A stretch of DNA of 64,000 nucleotides from Gekko japonicus (GCF_001447785.1 NW_015162017.1:109831-173830), one strand, 5' to 3'; positions 24,016 through 36,720 are shown, counted from the stretch's first letter. Made by a program: numbers and translations. The notes: generated by a model from the sequence alone, not told the origin.

Positions 24016-26604
24016 GAGAGAGCGGGTGTTGGCATGGCGAGAACAGTTGACACAGGGAAGCTCTCCCATGTGCTGGCTGGATTGACGGTTTTTGTAGAGG
24101 ATGAACCGAAGAGGAGCATAGTGCAGGGGGCTTGGTTGGGACTCCCTGCAAGCGGCAGCAAGCGGGTGTGGGTCCTTTGATTGCCCCGAAGCAAGAACCA
24201 ATCGAGGGTACCCATGCCAGGCATGGGTGCAGAGCCATGACTGCCCAAGAGAGGGGGAGAAGCTGGAAACTTCAACTGAAAACGGCTTGATCAAAAGAAG
24301 AGAAGGTTGTGATCTGAGAACAAAACTGTCAACAAAAATATCAATCTATCAATATTCTATAGTGGATTACAAAATTTTGGAAATATTCATTTTATTTGGC
24401 TTTGACCTCCAGGGAAATAAGAACTCCTCTGTTTGGAATTACAAATAAATTATCTGGAATTATATGAACTATATGAAGACCCTTTAAAGGATTATAAATA
24501 ACTATATTTTAATAAGTACCACAATTAAAAAGAATAAGAATCAATAAGAACTATTAGGAACTTAATTTGAACTTTTATATGTTATATTCTCGTAACATAC
24601 TTTATCTTGCTTTGTTGAAATTATAAAAGTACATTCTGTTTTTAATGTGTTGTTTTTCTGTGTTGTTAATGGTAAGAATGCTGGCCTTGGTTAAAACTGT
24701 CTCAGCCTTTAATATGAATATAATGTCTATTGTTTTACAAATATAGAAGTGGCATGATTGTAAGGTTTTGTACTGAAAGGCAATCTGAAAGATTCTCTGT
24801 ATTCTAACTTGGGAATGCACTTGCTTTGTTTTAATGTAACCATATCAAACTTGCTGTGTAAATAGAGGTAGCTGCCTGAAGGTATAGGTTGGACTCACAT
24901 AGAGTTGTAGTTGGAGAGATTTCCTGTTTTCAACACAATATTTTGGAAATAACTGGTGTAGAGAAAGATACATTGTTACTACAGACTTTAAACGATTATT
25001 ACAGGAAGCAATTATAACAGCAGTAAGAACAGCTCTGGAAAAAAATATGAAAAATGTGTAACCTAAGCTTGATTTAGTCTCACAGCAGAGCACCAATCAG
25101 AAGGAAGAGCAAGCTGACATGACATTTATTATTGTGAAATACATTGATACAGACAATCGAACTGATATGACTTACAAAACATATTCAAAAACAGACAAGC
25201 TGACTAAAGAACTGGATATGAGACCCCATGAAAGAATGACAAGAGATGGAATTATTGAACCAACAAATGAAACATGTACTCAAAGAGAGAGAAAAGAATA
25301 TATGGAACGTCAAACTACTTTAAAAATTGATTATAGATGTGTCCCAGCTCCAACGATCTGGACCTCTCTCATGGGCCCCCGCTCGACCCACACCCTGAAG
25401 CTTCTCCGCTTACCTCGACCAACAGCCTTGGAGGGAGGTCTCGGAGCTCCAAGACGGGCAAGGAGACAGCTGACCGGGACGAGGGAGGCGGCGGGAGCAG
25501 CTCGCATCTCGACACAGCCAGGCCCTTCTCCACAGAGCGCGTCCCCATGTACACAACAGTAGGGCAGGTCTCCAGGAGATGCCGCCGTCACCGAGGCCTG
25601 CAGGGATATTGCACCCCGACATAGGTCGAAATGCCCCCACATCTGGCAGAGCATCGGAGCTCTTATAGGGAGGCGGGGGCCACCTGTGATTGATAGCCCA
25701 GTAGCCAGTAGGAAGGAGGGATGGGGTGGAGGGGAGGATAAAAAGGGGAACGGAAGGGAGACTGGGGAGGAAGAAAGGACAGAGCAGAGAACGGAGACGG
25801 GCTGACTGAGAGTCGCAGGGAGAGACGATGAGGCAGACGTCTCCTGTGGCTCTCATGGGTGCAGGTTTGCCTTCGGTGACAGAACCAGGTAGCCGGCCCT
25901 ATTCTGAGGTCTCCCATTCCTCTTAAAAAGGGGGTGTCACTCTTCGGGGATGGCGACTGGAAGCAAAGACGCCCCTTGGAGCAGGCTGGGGCATCAGAAG
26001 ATGGTTACTACCAGAAGATACAAGAGGAAAAGGCACAGAATTAAGACTTTAAGGCCTAAGAGGAGAAATCAGAGAATGAAGAAAAGGATAAAAACTTATG
26101 GAAAAGTTCCAAAATTTTGTGGATAAGAGAGAATACATAAGCATCAATTTTTGGGGGGATAAGGGAAAAACACATCCCTCAAGATTTTATTAAGGTCTGA
26201 AAAATATAAATATCATACAGCTGTTTAAAACTATATAAATGAGTTGAAATATTAGAAAATATACTAAAAGAGTATAAAAATTTTATTTTTTGAAATATAT
26301 GTGAAAGATTATTGTAAGAATATAAGGTGAAATTTGAAAAACAAATTTTGAGGTATTTAGATAGGTAATCTGATGAGGTAATGAAATCCCCTATTATTTA
26401 GATACCTATGTAAATGCTTGTGTATGTATGAAATTACATGGTTTTAGATGAGATGGAACATGGAAAACAAATATTGTATGAAGTATTCAAGCATGTAAAC
26501 TGATGATGAAACTAAACCCCCCACATTTATGTATTTTTGTGTTATATATTTGTGTGTTTGGTCATTGTGATGTTTGTCTTTATAAAAAAATAATAAAAAA
26601 AAAC
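24016..26604 (+). mobile_element. TSD-bounded L1-derived non-autonomous retroelement lacking RT (about 1.9 kb plus nested LTR)
   Basis: 13-bp TSD catctgctttctg (24003-24015 / 26605-26617), G-rich start with CATGGCG, CpG-rich 5' region, ORF1-like N-terminal remnant (DFKRLLQEAIITAV), poly(A) tail; inserted in an Ac-like MITE ending gtgcccatcccta at 26723. Confidence 0.72.
25338..25996 (-). mobile_element. Probable solo LTR nested in the L1 derivative
   Basis: Abrupt GC/CpG-rich block with tgtgtcccagc / gctggggcatca termini; TATA-like ctataag on minus; TSD imperfect. Confidence 0.6.
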
Positions 26605-27425
26605 CATCTGCTTTCTGCTCTATCCATGAACCACCATGAACTGCTTTAAAAGTTCATGGATGTTCAAACAGGGCAAAAATTGTGATGAATTTTGCTTCAT
26701 GGTTCGGTTTGTGCCCATCCCTAACCCTGTTGACTAAAATGTATAGGCTATAGAATGGAGAACATAATGGAGATCATTGATTTTTCAGCAGATACCCATG
26801 TAGCAGTATTTCACTGTAACTTAAATGATCTTCTCTCCCCTGATATGATATTAACCTTGTCTACTTTGTGAAAGGTATCAGCTTACAAACCAGCAATCAG
26901 AAAATACAAGTGTTTCCATATCAGTGGAAAGAAATGGGCTGTCTGTAAAAAGTCAGGTGAGGGCAAAATGAACTGATCAGGTTAGAAGTTAGATGGCCTA
27001 TTAGCCAGAGAAATGGTTGCTGGATAATGTCCCAAGACACTTCTAATCGCATGATGATACTGACATCCGTTTGGAAAATGCCAAGTGGGTAGATTTCCAA
27101 ATAGTAAGAGATTCTATCGGTAACTGAAAGTTAATTTTAGTAGAATGCTAGCAGAGCCTGCCTGAGGGATGGTTTATCTACACTAAGTTTGGTATTTGTT
27201 CAGTGCCTGAGAGCTAAATTGCTTGGATGCAGATTGCAATCAGGTAAAACTCAACTATAGAGTTAAATGCACCTGGGGTGTCTTTTCAGTCTGAAATCTG
27301 CTGGAATATATTTTAAATAATGTCATTCCTACCTCCTACCATATTTCATCCAAAAGTTGGATGGTCAATGTTATATCTTTAGCTTGACCCAGATGAGCAG
27401 ATGAAGATATCTGACAGGGAATTTA

Positions 27426-27682
27426 AGCCCTGTTCACAAGTTACAGTGAATGCACGTACAATCTATGTACAGTGTGCACCTCATTGTTCTTTGAATGTGC
27501 ATTGAACAATTCTCATGTCATAATCAACACATTTACAGCTGAACATATGATGCAATCCTCATATATACCCAGGTACTTTTCTTCATTTATAAAGTGAACA
27601 TGCCTTAGATCTTTCTTACAAACAGATGTACTCATGTACAGGCAGGATGTACAAGCATTCACTGTAACATGTGAACATGGCT
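27426..27682. mobile_element. Palindromic MITE (Harbinger-like termini)
   Basis: About 28-bp TIR agccctgttcacaagttacagtgaatgc / gcattcactgtaacatgtgaacatggct. Confidence 0.75.
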
Positions 27683-28234
27683 TCTGAGTTCCACTTATTC
27701 ATGCATTATCTGTATATTAACATTAGCATTATCTGTGTATTAACAGTCTTGAGATCAAAGCCAAAATAGGTTGAGTTTCAGAAAAACATACTTTAAAGTG
27801 AGGAGAGCTAAGAATGGAAACCAAGTGCTGAGATGAAAAATATCATGGTTACAATGTAGATTGAAAGTTGGAATGACATGGAAGAATATCAAACGAATGA
27901 GTATGACAAAAAGCAATTTGNNNNNNNNNNNNNNNNNNNNNNNNNNNNNNNNNNCCTGAATCTTGTGTGTTTAGGATTTGTTTTTAACTTCAAACATCAT
28001 CATGGATTAATAATCCTTTCTGTTTGTTGGTGCTATGTCTTGAGCCTGGTTCTCAGATGCAGCAGAATAAGGCAGTATAATGCTGGGGAAATAGAAGGGA
28101 CAGTAGTATTTTGGACTGCAAGTGGGGCATGCCACTTTTGAATGTTCCCAGGGTTGTTGTTTTTTTAAAGCCTTGCAAGCTATAAAGCAGCACAGTAGGC
28201 AAAGTGCTGGGCTACAACTTTTAGCTGTGTTGTG

Positions 28235-28606
28235 TGTCAGGATCCACAGCAAAACAATGAAGTACACGCTTCCAGGAAGGTTTTATTTTTATTGAAAAGC
28301 CATAGATGCAATAGCACGAACACTGTTAGGAATGGCGGGCTACCTAGGCGCATAATAGGTTATAGGGCATTCGTATGCAATCCCCCTTAGCAATACCCAA
28401 TTACATGGGCTCCCGTGCGCGGGAGACAGGAATAGTTTCTAACGGTAGCAAAGCTGGGAACCAGAACGATCCCACGAAAGGTAGACACCACACTCCTCCA
28501 GTACCTCTTTACAGATAAGTGTTGCAGCTGTGAAGCAATTAAGCGCATGGGAAGGAATGCATAACAATTAGAACATGTCTCCCTACTCATGGCAGCTTAG
28601 CTGACA
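28235..28606 (-). mobile_element. Solo LTR (372 bp)
   Basis: TGTCAG...CTGACA termini, TSD ttgtg / tagtg, AATAAA on minus strand. Confidence 0.7.
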
Positions 28607-29088
28607 TAGTGCTAGTTTCTCTTTGTAGGCAGTTGTTTATAAAGAGGGACATTGATCACTGGTATAATTCAGTAGAAGCCTGAAGCAAAGTAATTTGCTT
28701 TACACCATATTCTACTGACCATGCCTGATGTAAGGTCTTAATTAGATAAAACATGGGGATTTATGATTAACTAGACCCCCCCCCCTGATTTAGGGATGTA
28801 CCACTTCCACCCAAGGTTTTGTGAACTGGACACACATACATACATGCACACATACCACAGTGTTGTCAGCTCTGGAAAGAAAAAGAATGGGTGCTGTTTT
28901 TAAAAATATCTTAAGGCTAATACCAGCACATGGTGGAGGGCATGTTTGATTTTGTGGTTTTGTTTGACAAGACTGTAAGGAAGGGTTAAACCTCACCCCT
29001 GCATTGTGACCTTAATCCATTTAGGAGCCTGTACAGCTGTGGGATGTCTCAGCTTCTCTCTCTTCCTCAGTCTCTCAAGTATGCAAGA

Positions 29089-29499
29089 TAGGTTTGCCAG
29101 GTCCATCCTGGCAACTGGTGGGGGATGGGGGGACTTACTGGGAGCAGCAGGGAGGCCCAGCTCACATACAGTGATGTGGCTACATCACTGCCCATGTGAC
29201 CCGGAAGTGACATCATAGTGCCCAGGACATCAGGATGATGCTCTGGTACTTGGGTAAAATCTCTATGGTAAACTTGGCTTCTACTATAGTTTTTGCCCAA
29301 ATACCAGAGTATTGCTCCAACATCCTGGATGTGATAATGTCACTTCCAGGTCACATGAGCAGTAATATAGATTGCATGTAAGATGCACGTTGCTGCATGT
29401 TAGATGGTTCTCCCTCTTTTTCGGGGTAAGTTCCCCACTGCCAGCCAGCTGATCAGTGGCAGGGAGGTGGGGCCTAGCAGTGGGGGTCTGGCAACCCTA
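29089..29499. mobile_element. hAT (Blackjack/MER53-type) MITE
   Basis: TIR taggtttgccag / ctggcaacccta, perfect 8-bp TSD atgcaaga, long internal palindrome. Confidence 0.9.
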
Positions 29500-30913
29500 A
29501 TGCAAGATCAAGTATTTTGAGAGTTTGCATGAATTAGTGCCACTATAGTTCTACAAACCTTCTTGGATGCTTATATTTATAATGAGGTGAGGATACTGGC
29601 ATCAGAACTCAGGCAGCTTATCATCAGTGCTAGCACCAGAGTTTGTCAGAAGAGAAAGCTGCTGTCCAGACCTGCTTCTCAGTTGAACCTGGGTGCCTTA
29701 CAGAATGGATACAGAACCATTCAGTAGCCGTGTATTTGTATACTACATTGCAGCTGTGGCTACAGCCTTGGCACCTCTGTCACTGTGTCTGATGCCAGCA
29801 CACCACATCTACCTCCCCTTTACCAGTACTCAGTGGTGAGAGCTGAAATTCTCCCAGAGACCCCACGAAGCAACTTGCAACTGACTGGTGATAGAGGATC
29901 ACAGGGAGTGATCACTCCTTACATGGGAAACTGTCTTCCAGGGATTTTGTTTCCTTAAGTGGAATAATATCGCTTATACAGGTGTGAGTATATGTAAGTA
30001 ACTAGTAATATGCATTTCATAAAACTTTGTGAGCACATACTTTATATGCACATGCGTGAGAGCAAGTGATTGAGAGAAGGAATATGAACTGCCCTTTTCC
30101 TCTCCCTGGCCTCCTTTGTAACAGAAAAGTGCCACTGTCCTGTATTTCCTATATTCTGAGGGGGAAACCCAACAATACAGGAGTAAACCATTGCCAATAT
30201 GCAATCGGTATAAACCATGGGATTTAAACAGGACTCACATTTACAAGCCAGGACAGACTTCCATTTCTTTTTTTTCTTTTTTTTATTGACTCTCCTAAAA
30301 AGGAGAGAGTTTATTGCTTTTAATATCAGAAAAAGGGAAGGTATATAGCGGGACTAAGAAAAGGTTGAGTGATGCTCTTATTAGTATGTTAATCTTTTGT
30401 TAGTATTAAACAAATCTTTTGGCTTCTTCTGCGAGTTGTCAATCGTCTTTCATCTTGACCTGTGAAAAACAACTATAAATGTTAATGTATTAGTAGTGTC
30501 CCTTTGATTTATTGTTAGTAGTGTCTTTTCATGCGCTTTCTGAACCAGTCTTCATGTTCTGGGCTGCCTTCCTTTTATGTCTCTCAGGTTGTAAAATGGA
30601 CCTTTCCCCGCTCCTTCATCTTCCGGAGTCTTAGGACAGACTTCCATTTCCATTTGCTACCCTCTCTTGTGAATCAAGAGGGCTGCCATAGTGTGTCTGT
30701 TTCTGGCAGCTTGCCTCACTCAACCCCAAACGTCCTTCTTACTGCAAGTGTCCAGTTGACAATAGGGTGTCCCAACAACCCAAAATGCTCTCCCATGCTT
30801 TCCTGTGTCCCCACGCCCCCAAAAGGTAACCTATACCCTTGGTATTGTTCTTCTTTAACCCTCATTCTTAAATATTTCTGTTATTAGCAAGTGTCTTGAA
30901 GGATACCTCCAGA

Positions 30914-31198
30914 CAGAGGTCATTTCGGGGAGGAACGCGGGGGAACGCAGTTCCCCTGGGTGAGGTACGGGGGGCGGGGCACATGACAAAGCCCCGCCCC
31001 CTGCTTCCGGCCGCCCTGCTTCCGGCCCTCATTCAGCCAGGAGGAGGCAGGAGAAGAGGGAGGGTAAGTTGCTTCATCCCTGCCTCTCCCCACCCCTGCC
31101 TGCCTGGGGCCAGGGAGGGCCTTCGCGGGGCACTGAGTAACTTTTTTTTTGTTATGCTAATGAGTTCCCCTAGCTCTTTTTCTACGAAACGACCCCTG
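30914..31198. mobile_element. hAT MITE (285 bp)
   Basis: TIR cagaggtcatttcg / cgaaacgacccctg, perfect 8-bp TSD cctccaga. Confidence 0.88.
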
Positions 31199-32220
31199 CC
31201 TCCAGAGTCAAACAAATTGCATTTCCATTCACAGTATCCATGTTCTTTCTATTTGAGTCTCTTAATATATTTTGGGACAACATTACAGGATATTTTTAGA
31301 GATTTGTGGGAACTTTCTGGATACGAGGAGTATCTTAGTAATCACCTTTCTCTCTCTGTAGATACAAATAGGTATAGATATAAAATACCCCATTAAATGG
31401 TGTGTGAGTGTGTGTGTGTGAGAGAGAGAGAACACACCATTTTCTAAGTATTCTGATTACTGGGCATTCCACTGCTTCTACTAAGCACTGCAGAACATAT
31501 TGAAAAGAAGATGAATGATCCCACCCGTGTAATTGCAGAATACTAAAAAGGCCAAAGGAGCATATCAGACTTCTATTACCTCCAAATTGTCTTTTGCTGG
31601 AGTTCTGATATCCCCATCTTGTCACAAAGACTGGTCCAAGGACCCAAAATTGTGATGTTATCATCTTGTCCAGTATAAATGACCAGACTGTCCATAAGGA
31701 GAGGCAATACATTTGGCTCTGCTCAGGATGGTTGCTTTCAAGACGTTGAATTTATTTCCCTCTTCAGAGGATAGCAAAATACATTTGAGGCCTCTGCTGA
31801 GCAGTTTTCTTTAAAATAGCATCACTTCATTGTGATATTGATTGTGCTGTTTAAGAAGGAGCTTTAAAAAAATTGATCTGGTTTTCTATTGGAGTATCAC
31901 AGTACTGAATCACATCTGGTATGGCTCTTCATTCTTGCCCAGATTAAAGTGCTGACACTGGCAACAGTGCAAGATTCAACAGCAGGAGTATAAAAGTTGC
32001 TGATAGGTCCAGCAAATTCTGATAGTTTGGTAATTCTCTTCCATTTATGTGTTCCTCTGTTGGCTGGACAGACAAGAAGAGGAAACAATGGGAATGAAGG
32101 CAGAAGAGAAATACTGATTTAAAAAAACCCTGATTTGTAAAAAAAAATCTTAGCAGGCAAGATAATAGAAAATTGACTCACTTTTTAAAAAAGACCTATC
32201 CATACTTGTTTTTCTGCAGT

Positions 32221-32301
32221 GTCCTTGAATTGAGGAGATGATTCTTGAATTGAGGAGATGAATTCTTGAATTGAGGAGTCCTTGAATTGAGATGATGATT
32301 C
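32221..32301. repeat. Minisatellite, four copies of about 20 bp
   Basis: cttgaattgag(gagatga) repeated four times. Confidence 0.85.
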
Positions 32302-32772
32302 ATAAATGAACATTTTTCTTCTGACAAAAATTAGTATTGGATGAACACTCATGACTATTTACTAAGCTGTGACTTAGAATCCTGGACATAGACTGACTCA
32401 AGGTGCTGGTCACCTAGACTGCCTGCTTATACAGTAAGGCTAACTTTACCAGACCAGTCTGGTCAAACTATACAGCACACTACCTCTGTTTGAATGACTT
32501 TTTAAAAACCTCTCTTTCATACCATCCCACCCACATGGCAGCCATTTTTCCTTCCCCAGGTCCCATGGCATCCACCCCCTCTTATCTGCACCACTGAGGG
32601 TAGGGTTTGGTGTTTTTTTTGAGATTTTTAAGTTTAAAAATGATTATGCAACTGTATCGATTACTGATTTAAAAAAAATAACTGAAAAAGCCCACCAATG
32701 GTGTGTCCCCATTGGCCACCACAGAGGCTAGGGAGGGGAAATGTGAGGAAACCACAGTTCCCCCCCCCTTGG

Positions 32773-33222
32773 AATAACGAGACAGACAACAGTTTGGAAG
32801 TAAACAAGAGCCACTTTATTAACTATTTAACATAACATTGCGGCAAGGGACCAACTAAGCGAGCACAGAACAGGCAAGGCAGGCGTCACTCCCTGACCAA
32901 CCTCCTTGCCCTTTTCACGGGTGGGTCACCCAGCTCCAGTCTTGAGCCATCAGTCTGGCTCACAACCGGCAGCCCAGCAAAACTGGTTGCCAGCTAGGAG
33001 CTCCTATCCCTGAAGCCTTCCAACTTGCAGAGAGGAGCATTACCCTAAGAGGTTCCCAGAGGTGATCACCATTCCCCACCCTGGACCTTCAAAATCCGAA
33101 GGCAGTTCCTGATGACCCCCCATTTACCACGGCCAGCTCCGCCCCCCACCTATGTCATGACGCCAGGCGTCGTGGCTCTGTTGCTGCCTGGCTTCCTCAG
33201 GGTCACCGGGAGCTTCGTAACA
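32773..33222 (-). mobile_element. Probable solo LTR
   Basis: taacga...tcgtaaca termini, AATAAA on minus at 32815-32820, GC-rich body. Confidence 0.5.
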
Positions 33223-34599
33223 TCTAGCAGCCACAGCAACAGCAGGGCTTCAAAAGAAAAGTGATGATATGTGAAACAGCCCTAATTCTAATCACTGCAT
33301 CACACTGGCTTAATGTGCTGTGTATGCCATATATATATAATGTATAGAATTTGTGAGGGTTTGAAAGCATTTTACTTTCAAGAGAAACACCACTGTGGCA
33401 GTAGCAATAGAAGAAGCATGCCAAAAGCACATTGGGGATGGGAATAGAGGAAGGAGACATGGTATGTTGTTGTTGTTCAGTCGCACAGTCGAGTCCGACT
33501 CTTTGCGACCCCATGGATCCCACCAGGCCTTCCTGTCTTCCGCCATCCTCTGAAGTTTGCTCAATTTCATGTTCATTGCATCTATGACAGCGAGTGCTCC
33601 CTTCTCATTTGGTGGCCAAAGTATTTGAGCTTCAGTTTCATTATCTGGCCTTCCAGGGAACAGTCAGGGTTGATTTCTTTTAGGATTGACTGATTTGATC
33701 TTCTTGCAGTCCAAGGGACTCTCAAGAGTCTTCTCCATCACCATAGTTCAAAAGAATCTATTCTTCAGCGCTCGGCCTTCCTTATAGTCCAACTCTCGCA
33801 GCCATACATGACTACTGGGAATACCATTGCTTTGACCATGCGGACTTTTGTTGGCAGGGTGATGTCTCTACTTTTTATCATGCTGTTTAGGTTCGCCATC
33901 GCTTTCCTCCCAAGGAGCAGGTGTCTTTAAATTTCATGGCTGCTGTCACAGTCTGCGGTGATCTGGGATCCCAGGAACGTGAAGTCTGTCACTACTTCCA
34001 CGACTTCCCCTTCTATTTGCCAAGGAGTGATGGGACCGGATGCCATGATCTTAGTTTTTTTGATGTTGAGCTTCAAGCCCACTTTTGCACTCTCCTCTTT
34101 TACCCTGAGCAAGAGGCTCTTTAGGTCCTCTTCACTTTCTGCCATTAGAGTGGTATCGTCTGCATATCTGAGGCATAGGGAAGAGGAAACTGGAAGACAA
34201 AAGCAAGGAATGCAACAATGAAGGTTTAGTAATAGACATATATACATACTAATTCTTTATTGAAAACAAAGTGGTCATGGGATAATGGAAAGAGCTCTCA
34301 CTTGCTATAATTTGACACACTGCTGCTGAATACAGAGTATGAATTTAAGCTTGGAATTGGTGCAGATGTTACTGAAACTGTAATTTTTTTCTGTATAAAC
34401 ATTTGTAGCTGTATTTAACAGCAGGAAACTCAACTGGTATTAATGGTTATATTACCATTGCTTCCTGGTAGTTTAGTTAAACTTGATGACTCACATATAG
34501 AAATAAATGGGTTCACCTGTTTCTTTTACAGTAGTTCTGGTCACCCAGTATTTGTCACTCTTTCTTATGTGTCTTATGGCTTCCTTTATATAAAAGCTC

Positions 34600-35185
34600 A
34601 CCCAGGGCACTGTTTGTGGTACTGCGGGGAGGGCGGAGCAAGGGCGACCATGGCACTTCTTGGTGGAAGGGGCAGGCCAGCAGCAAGCGCAGGAAGCTTG
34701 GGCCTGCCTGACCCAATGCCAGCCCTATCAGCATGTCCTGGGTGTTGGAGGTGGGGCTCCCTGGCAGCTACTAAAGATGACATGGGAGGCCTTGGACATT
34801 TCATTATGTTTGGCTGCCCTGTTTCACACTGATGGGGTTCACTTATATGACTAGGGTATGGATGTTTGGCTACAAGGCATTAGGAAGGCCCTAAATGTTT
34901 GGCTACAGCTGTAGAAGCATTGGCGGGAGTAGGGTATCTGAGGCCCGACTCTTCTGGTAGTATCAGCATGGGGCCGGATCCATTCTCAGGAAAGCTGGCC
35001 TGCATGCCCATTTTCCTGAGTGTGGGGATTCTCTTAAGGGATCTTGGCATGAGGGTCAAGTGGTATGCCCAGCCCAGGGGCACAGCCAGGGATTACCCTC
35101 ACATTCAGGTAGCAGGGGAGACCACCTTAGGGTGTCCACCCTTGTGGGATCCAGAATCCTTTCATCCCAAGGTGGGTCAGTCGAT
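34600..35185 (+). mobile_element. Ngaro-like (DIRS order) retrotransposon remnant, SGNH hydrolase C-terminus
   Basis: Frame reads LFHTDGVHLYD*GMDVWLQGIRKALNVWL, matching the DxxH block of SGNH domains known from Ngaro elements. Confidence 0.5.
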
Positions 35186-35452
35186 GAAGAAGAAGAAGAG
35201 GAGGAGGAGGAGGAGGAGGAGATTGGATTTATACCCTGCCCTTCACTACCCAAAGGAGTCTCAGACCAGCTTACAAACTCCTTTCCCTTCCCCTCCCCAC
35301 AAATGACACCCTGTGAGGTATGTGGGGCTGAGAGAGCTCTGACAGAAACTGCTCTTTTTCAAGAACAGCTGTGCCAGAATTATGGCTTGCCCAAGGTCAT
35401 CCAGCAGGTGCAAGTGGAGGAGTGGGGAATCAAACCCGGTTCTCCCAGATTA
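35186..35452 (-). mobile_element. tRNA-CORE SINE, 5'-truncated at the BovB junction
   Basis: Homologous to 9988-10252; B box retained, A box lost. Confidence 0.85.
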
Positions 35453-36356
35453 GATCTGAACCACAGTCAGCTCCAGGTCTTGTTTTTACTGACTGGATAG
35501 AGCTTCTCCATCTTTGACTGCAAATTATATAGTCAATCTGATTTCGGTGTTGCCCATCTGGTGATGTCCATGTGTAGAGTCGCCTCTTAGGTTGTTGGAA
35601 AAGGGTGTTCGCTATGACCAGTGTGTTCTCTTGACAAAACTCTGTTAACCTTTGCCCTGCTTCATTTTGCTTTCCAAGGCCAAACTTGTCTGTTATTCCA
35701 GTTACCTTTTCACTTCCTACTTTAGCATTCCAGTCCCCTATGATGATGAGGACATCATTTTTTGGTGTTAGTTCTAGGAGGTGTTGTAGGTCTTCATAGA
35801 ACCGGTCCACTTCAGCCTCTTCTGCATCAGTGGTTGGGGCATAGACTTGGATTACTGTGATGTTGAATGGTTTGCCTTGGAATCGGACAGAAATCATTCT
35901 GTCATTTTTGAGATTGTATCCCAGTACTGCCTTTTGCACTCTCTTGTTGACTATAAAGGCCACACCATTTTTTCTACGAGATTCCTGGCCACAGTAGTAG
36001 ATATAATGGTCTTCTGAGTTAAATTCGCCCATTCCTGTCCACTTTAGTTCACTGATTCCTAGGATATCGATGTTCAGTCTTGCCATCTCATTTTTGACCA
36101 CGTCAAACTTCCCTTGATTCATAGATCTTACATTCCAGGTTCCTATGCAGTATTGTTCTTTGCAGCATCGGACTTTCCTTTCACCATCAGACACATCCAC
36201 AACTGAGCGTCCTTTCGGCTTTGGCCCAGCCGCTTCACTCTTTCTGGGGTTACTTGTACTTGCCCTCTTCTCTTCCTCAGTAGCATATTGGACACCTTCT
36301 GACCTGAGGGGCTCATCTTCCGGCGTCATCTCTTTTAGCCTTTTGATACTGTCCAT
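35430..36356 (-). CDS. BovB AP-like endonuclease ORF (308 aa), truncated at the SDH motif
   Basis: IGTWNVRS, ILGISE, GVAFIV, QVYAPT, GDWNAKVG, IDYI, DCGSD; last residues read into SINE sequence. Confidence 0.85.
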   Translation of the reverse strand: MDSIKRLKEMTPEDEPLRSEGVQYATEEEKRASTSNPRKSEAAGPKPKGRSVVDVSDGERKVRCCKEQYCIGTWNVRSMNQGKFDVVKNEMARLNIDILGISELKWTGMGEFNSEDHYIYYCGQESRRKNGVAFIVNKRVQKAVLGYNLKNDRMISVRFQGKPFNITVIQVYAPTTDAEEAEVDRFYEDLQHLLELTPKNDVLIIIGDWNAKVGSEKVTGITDKFGLGKQNEAGQRLTEFCQENTLVIANTLFQQPKRRLYTWTSPDGQHRNQIDYIICSQRWRSSIQSVKTRPGADCGSDLIWENRV

Positions 36357-36720
36357 GGGGTTTTCTTGGCAAAAATACTGGAGTGGGTTGCCATTTCCTT
36401 CTCCAGGGGATCACTCTTTGTCTGAGTTCTCTGCTGTGGCCTGTCCATCCTGGGTGGCCCTCCACGGCATAGCCCACAGCTTCATCGAACCACGCAAGCC
36501 CCCTTGCCACAACAAGGCAGTGATCCATGAGGGGGAGACATGGTATACTTAGAAATAAAACAAGAATGTAAAAGGATTTTGTGGGTTTAGTTAGAACTTT
36601 GAATGGGTTCTTTAAAAAAAATTCTGGATGCCAAACATATTCAACTTGCAGACCAAATCTGACAGGAAAAAAAAAGACATCAATACCCCTTTTCACAATT
36701 TGGTAATTAAGTAGTCCCCC

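Larger units (their letters stand above)
33466..36533 (-). mobile_element. RTE-BovB LINE, both ends present, RT core replaced by foreign DNA
   Basis: 13-bp TSD ggagacatggtat (33453-33465 / 36534-36546); (CAA)n tail; 3' arm 33466-34173 encodes LRYADDTTLMAESEEDLKSLL; 5' arm 35451-36533 encodes the APE endonuclease. Confidence 0.92.

Noticed and set aside
32221-32301. CRISPR-like repeat array
   Set aside because: Head-to-tail minisatellite without unique spacers, in eukaryotic DNA.
35430-36356. CFDP2/Bcnt-like cellular gene
   Set aside because: The similarity would come from the BovB endonuclease; it sits inside a TSD-bounded LINE.
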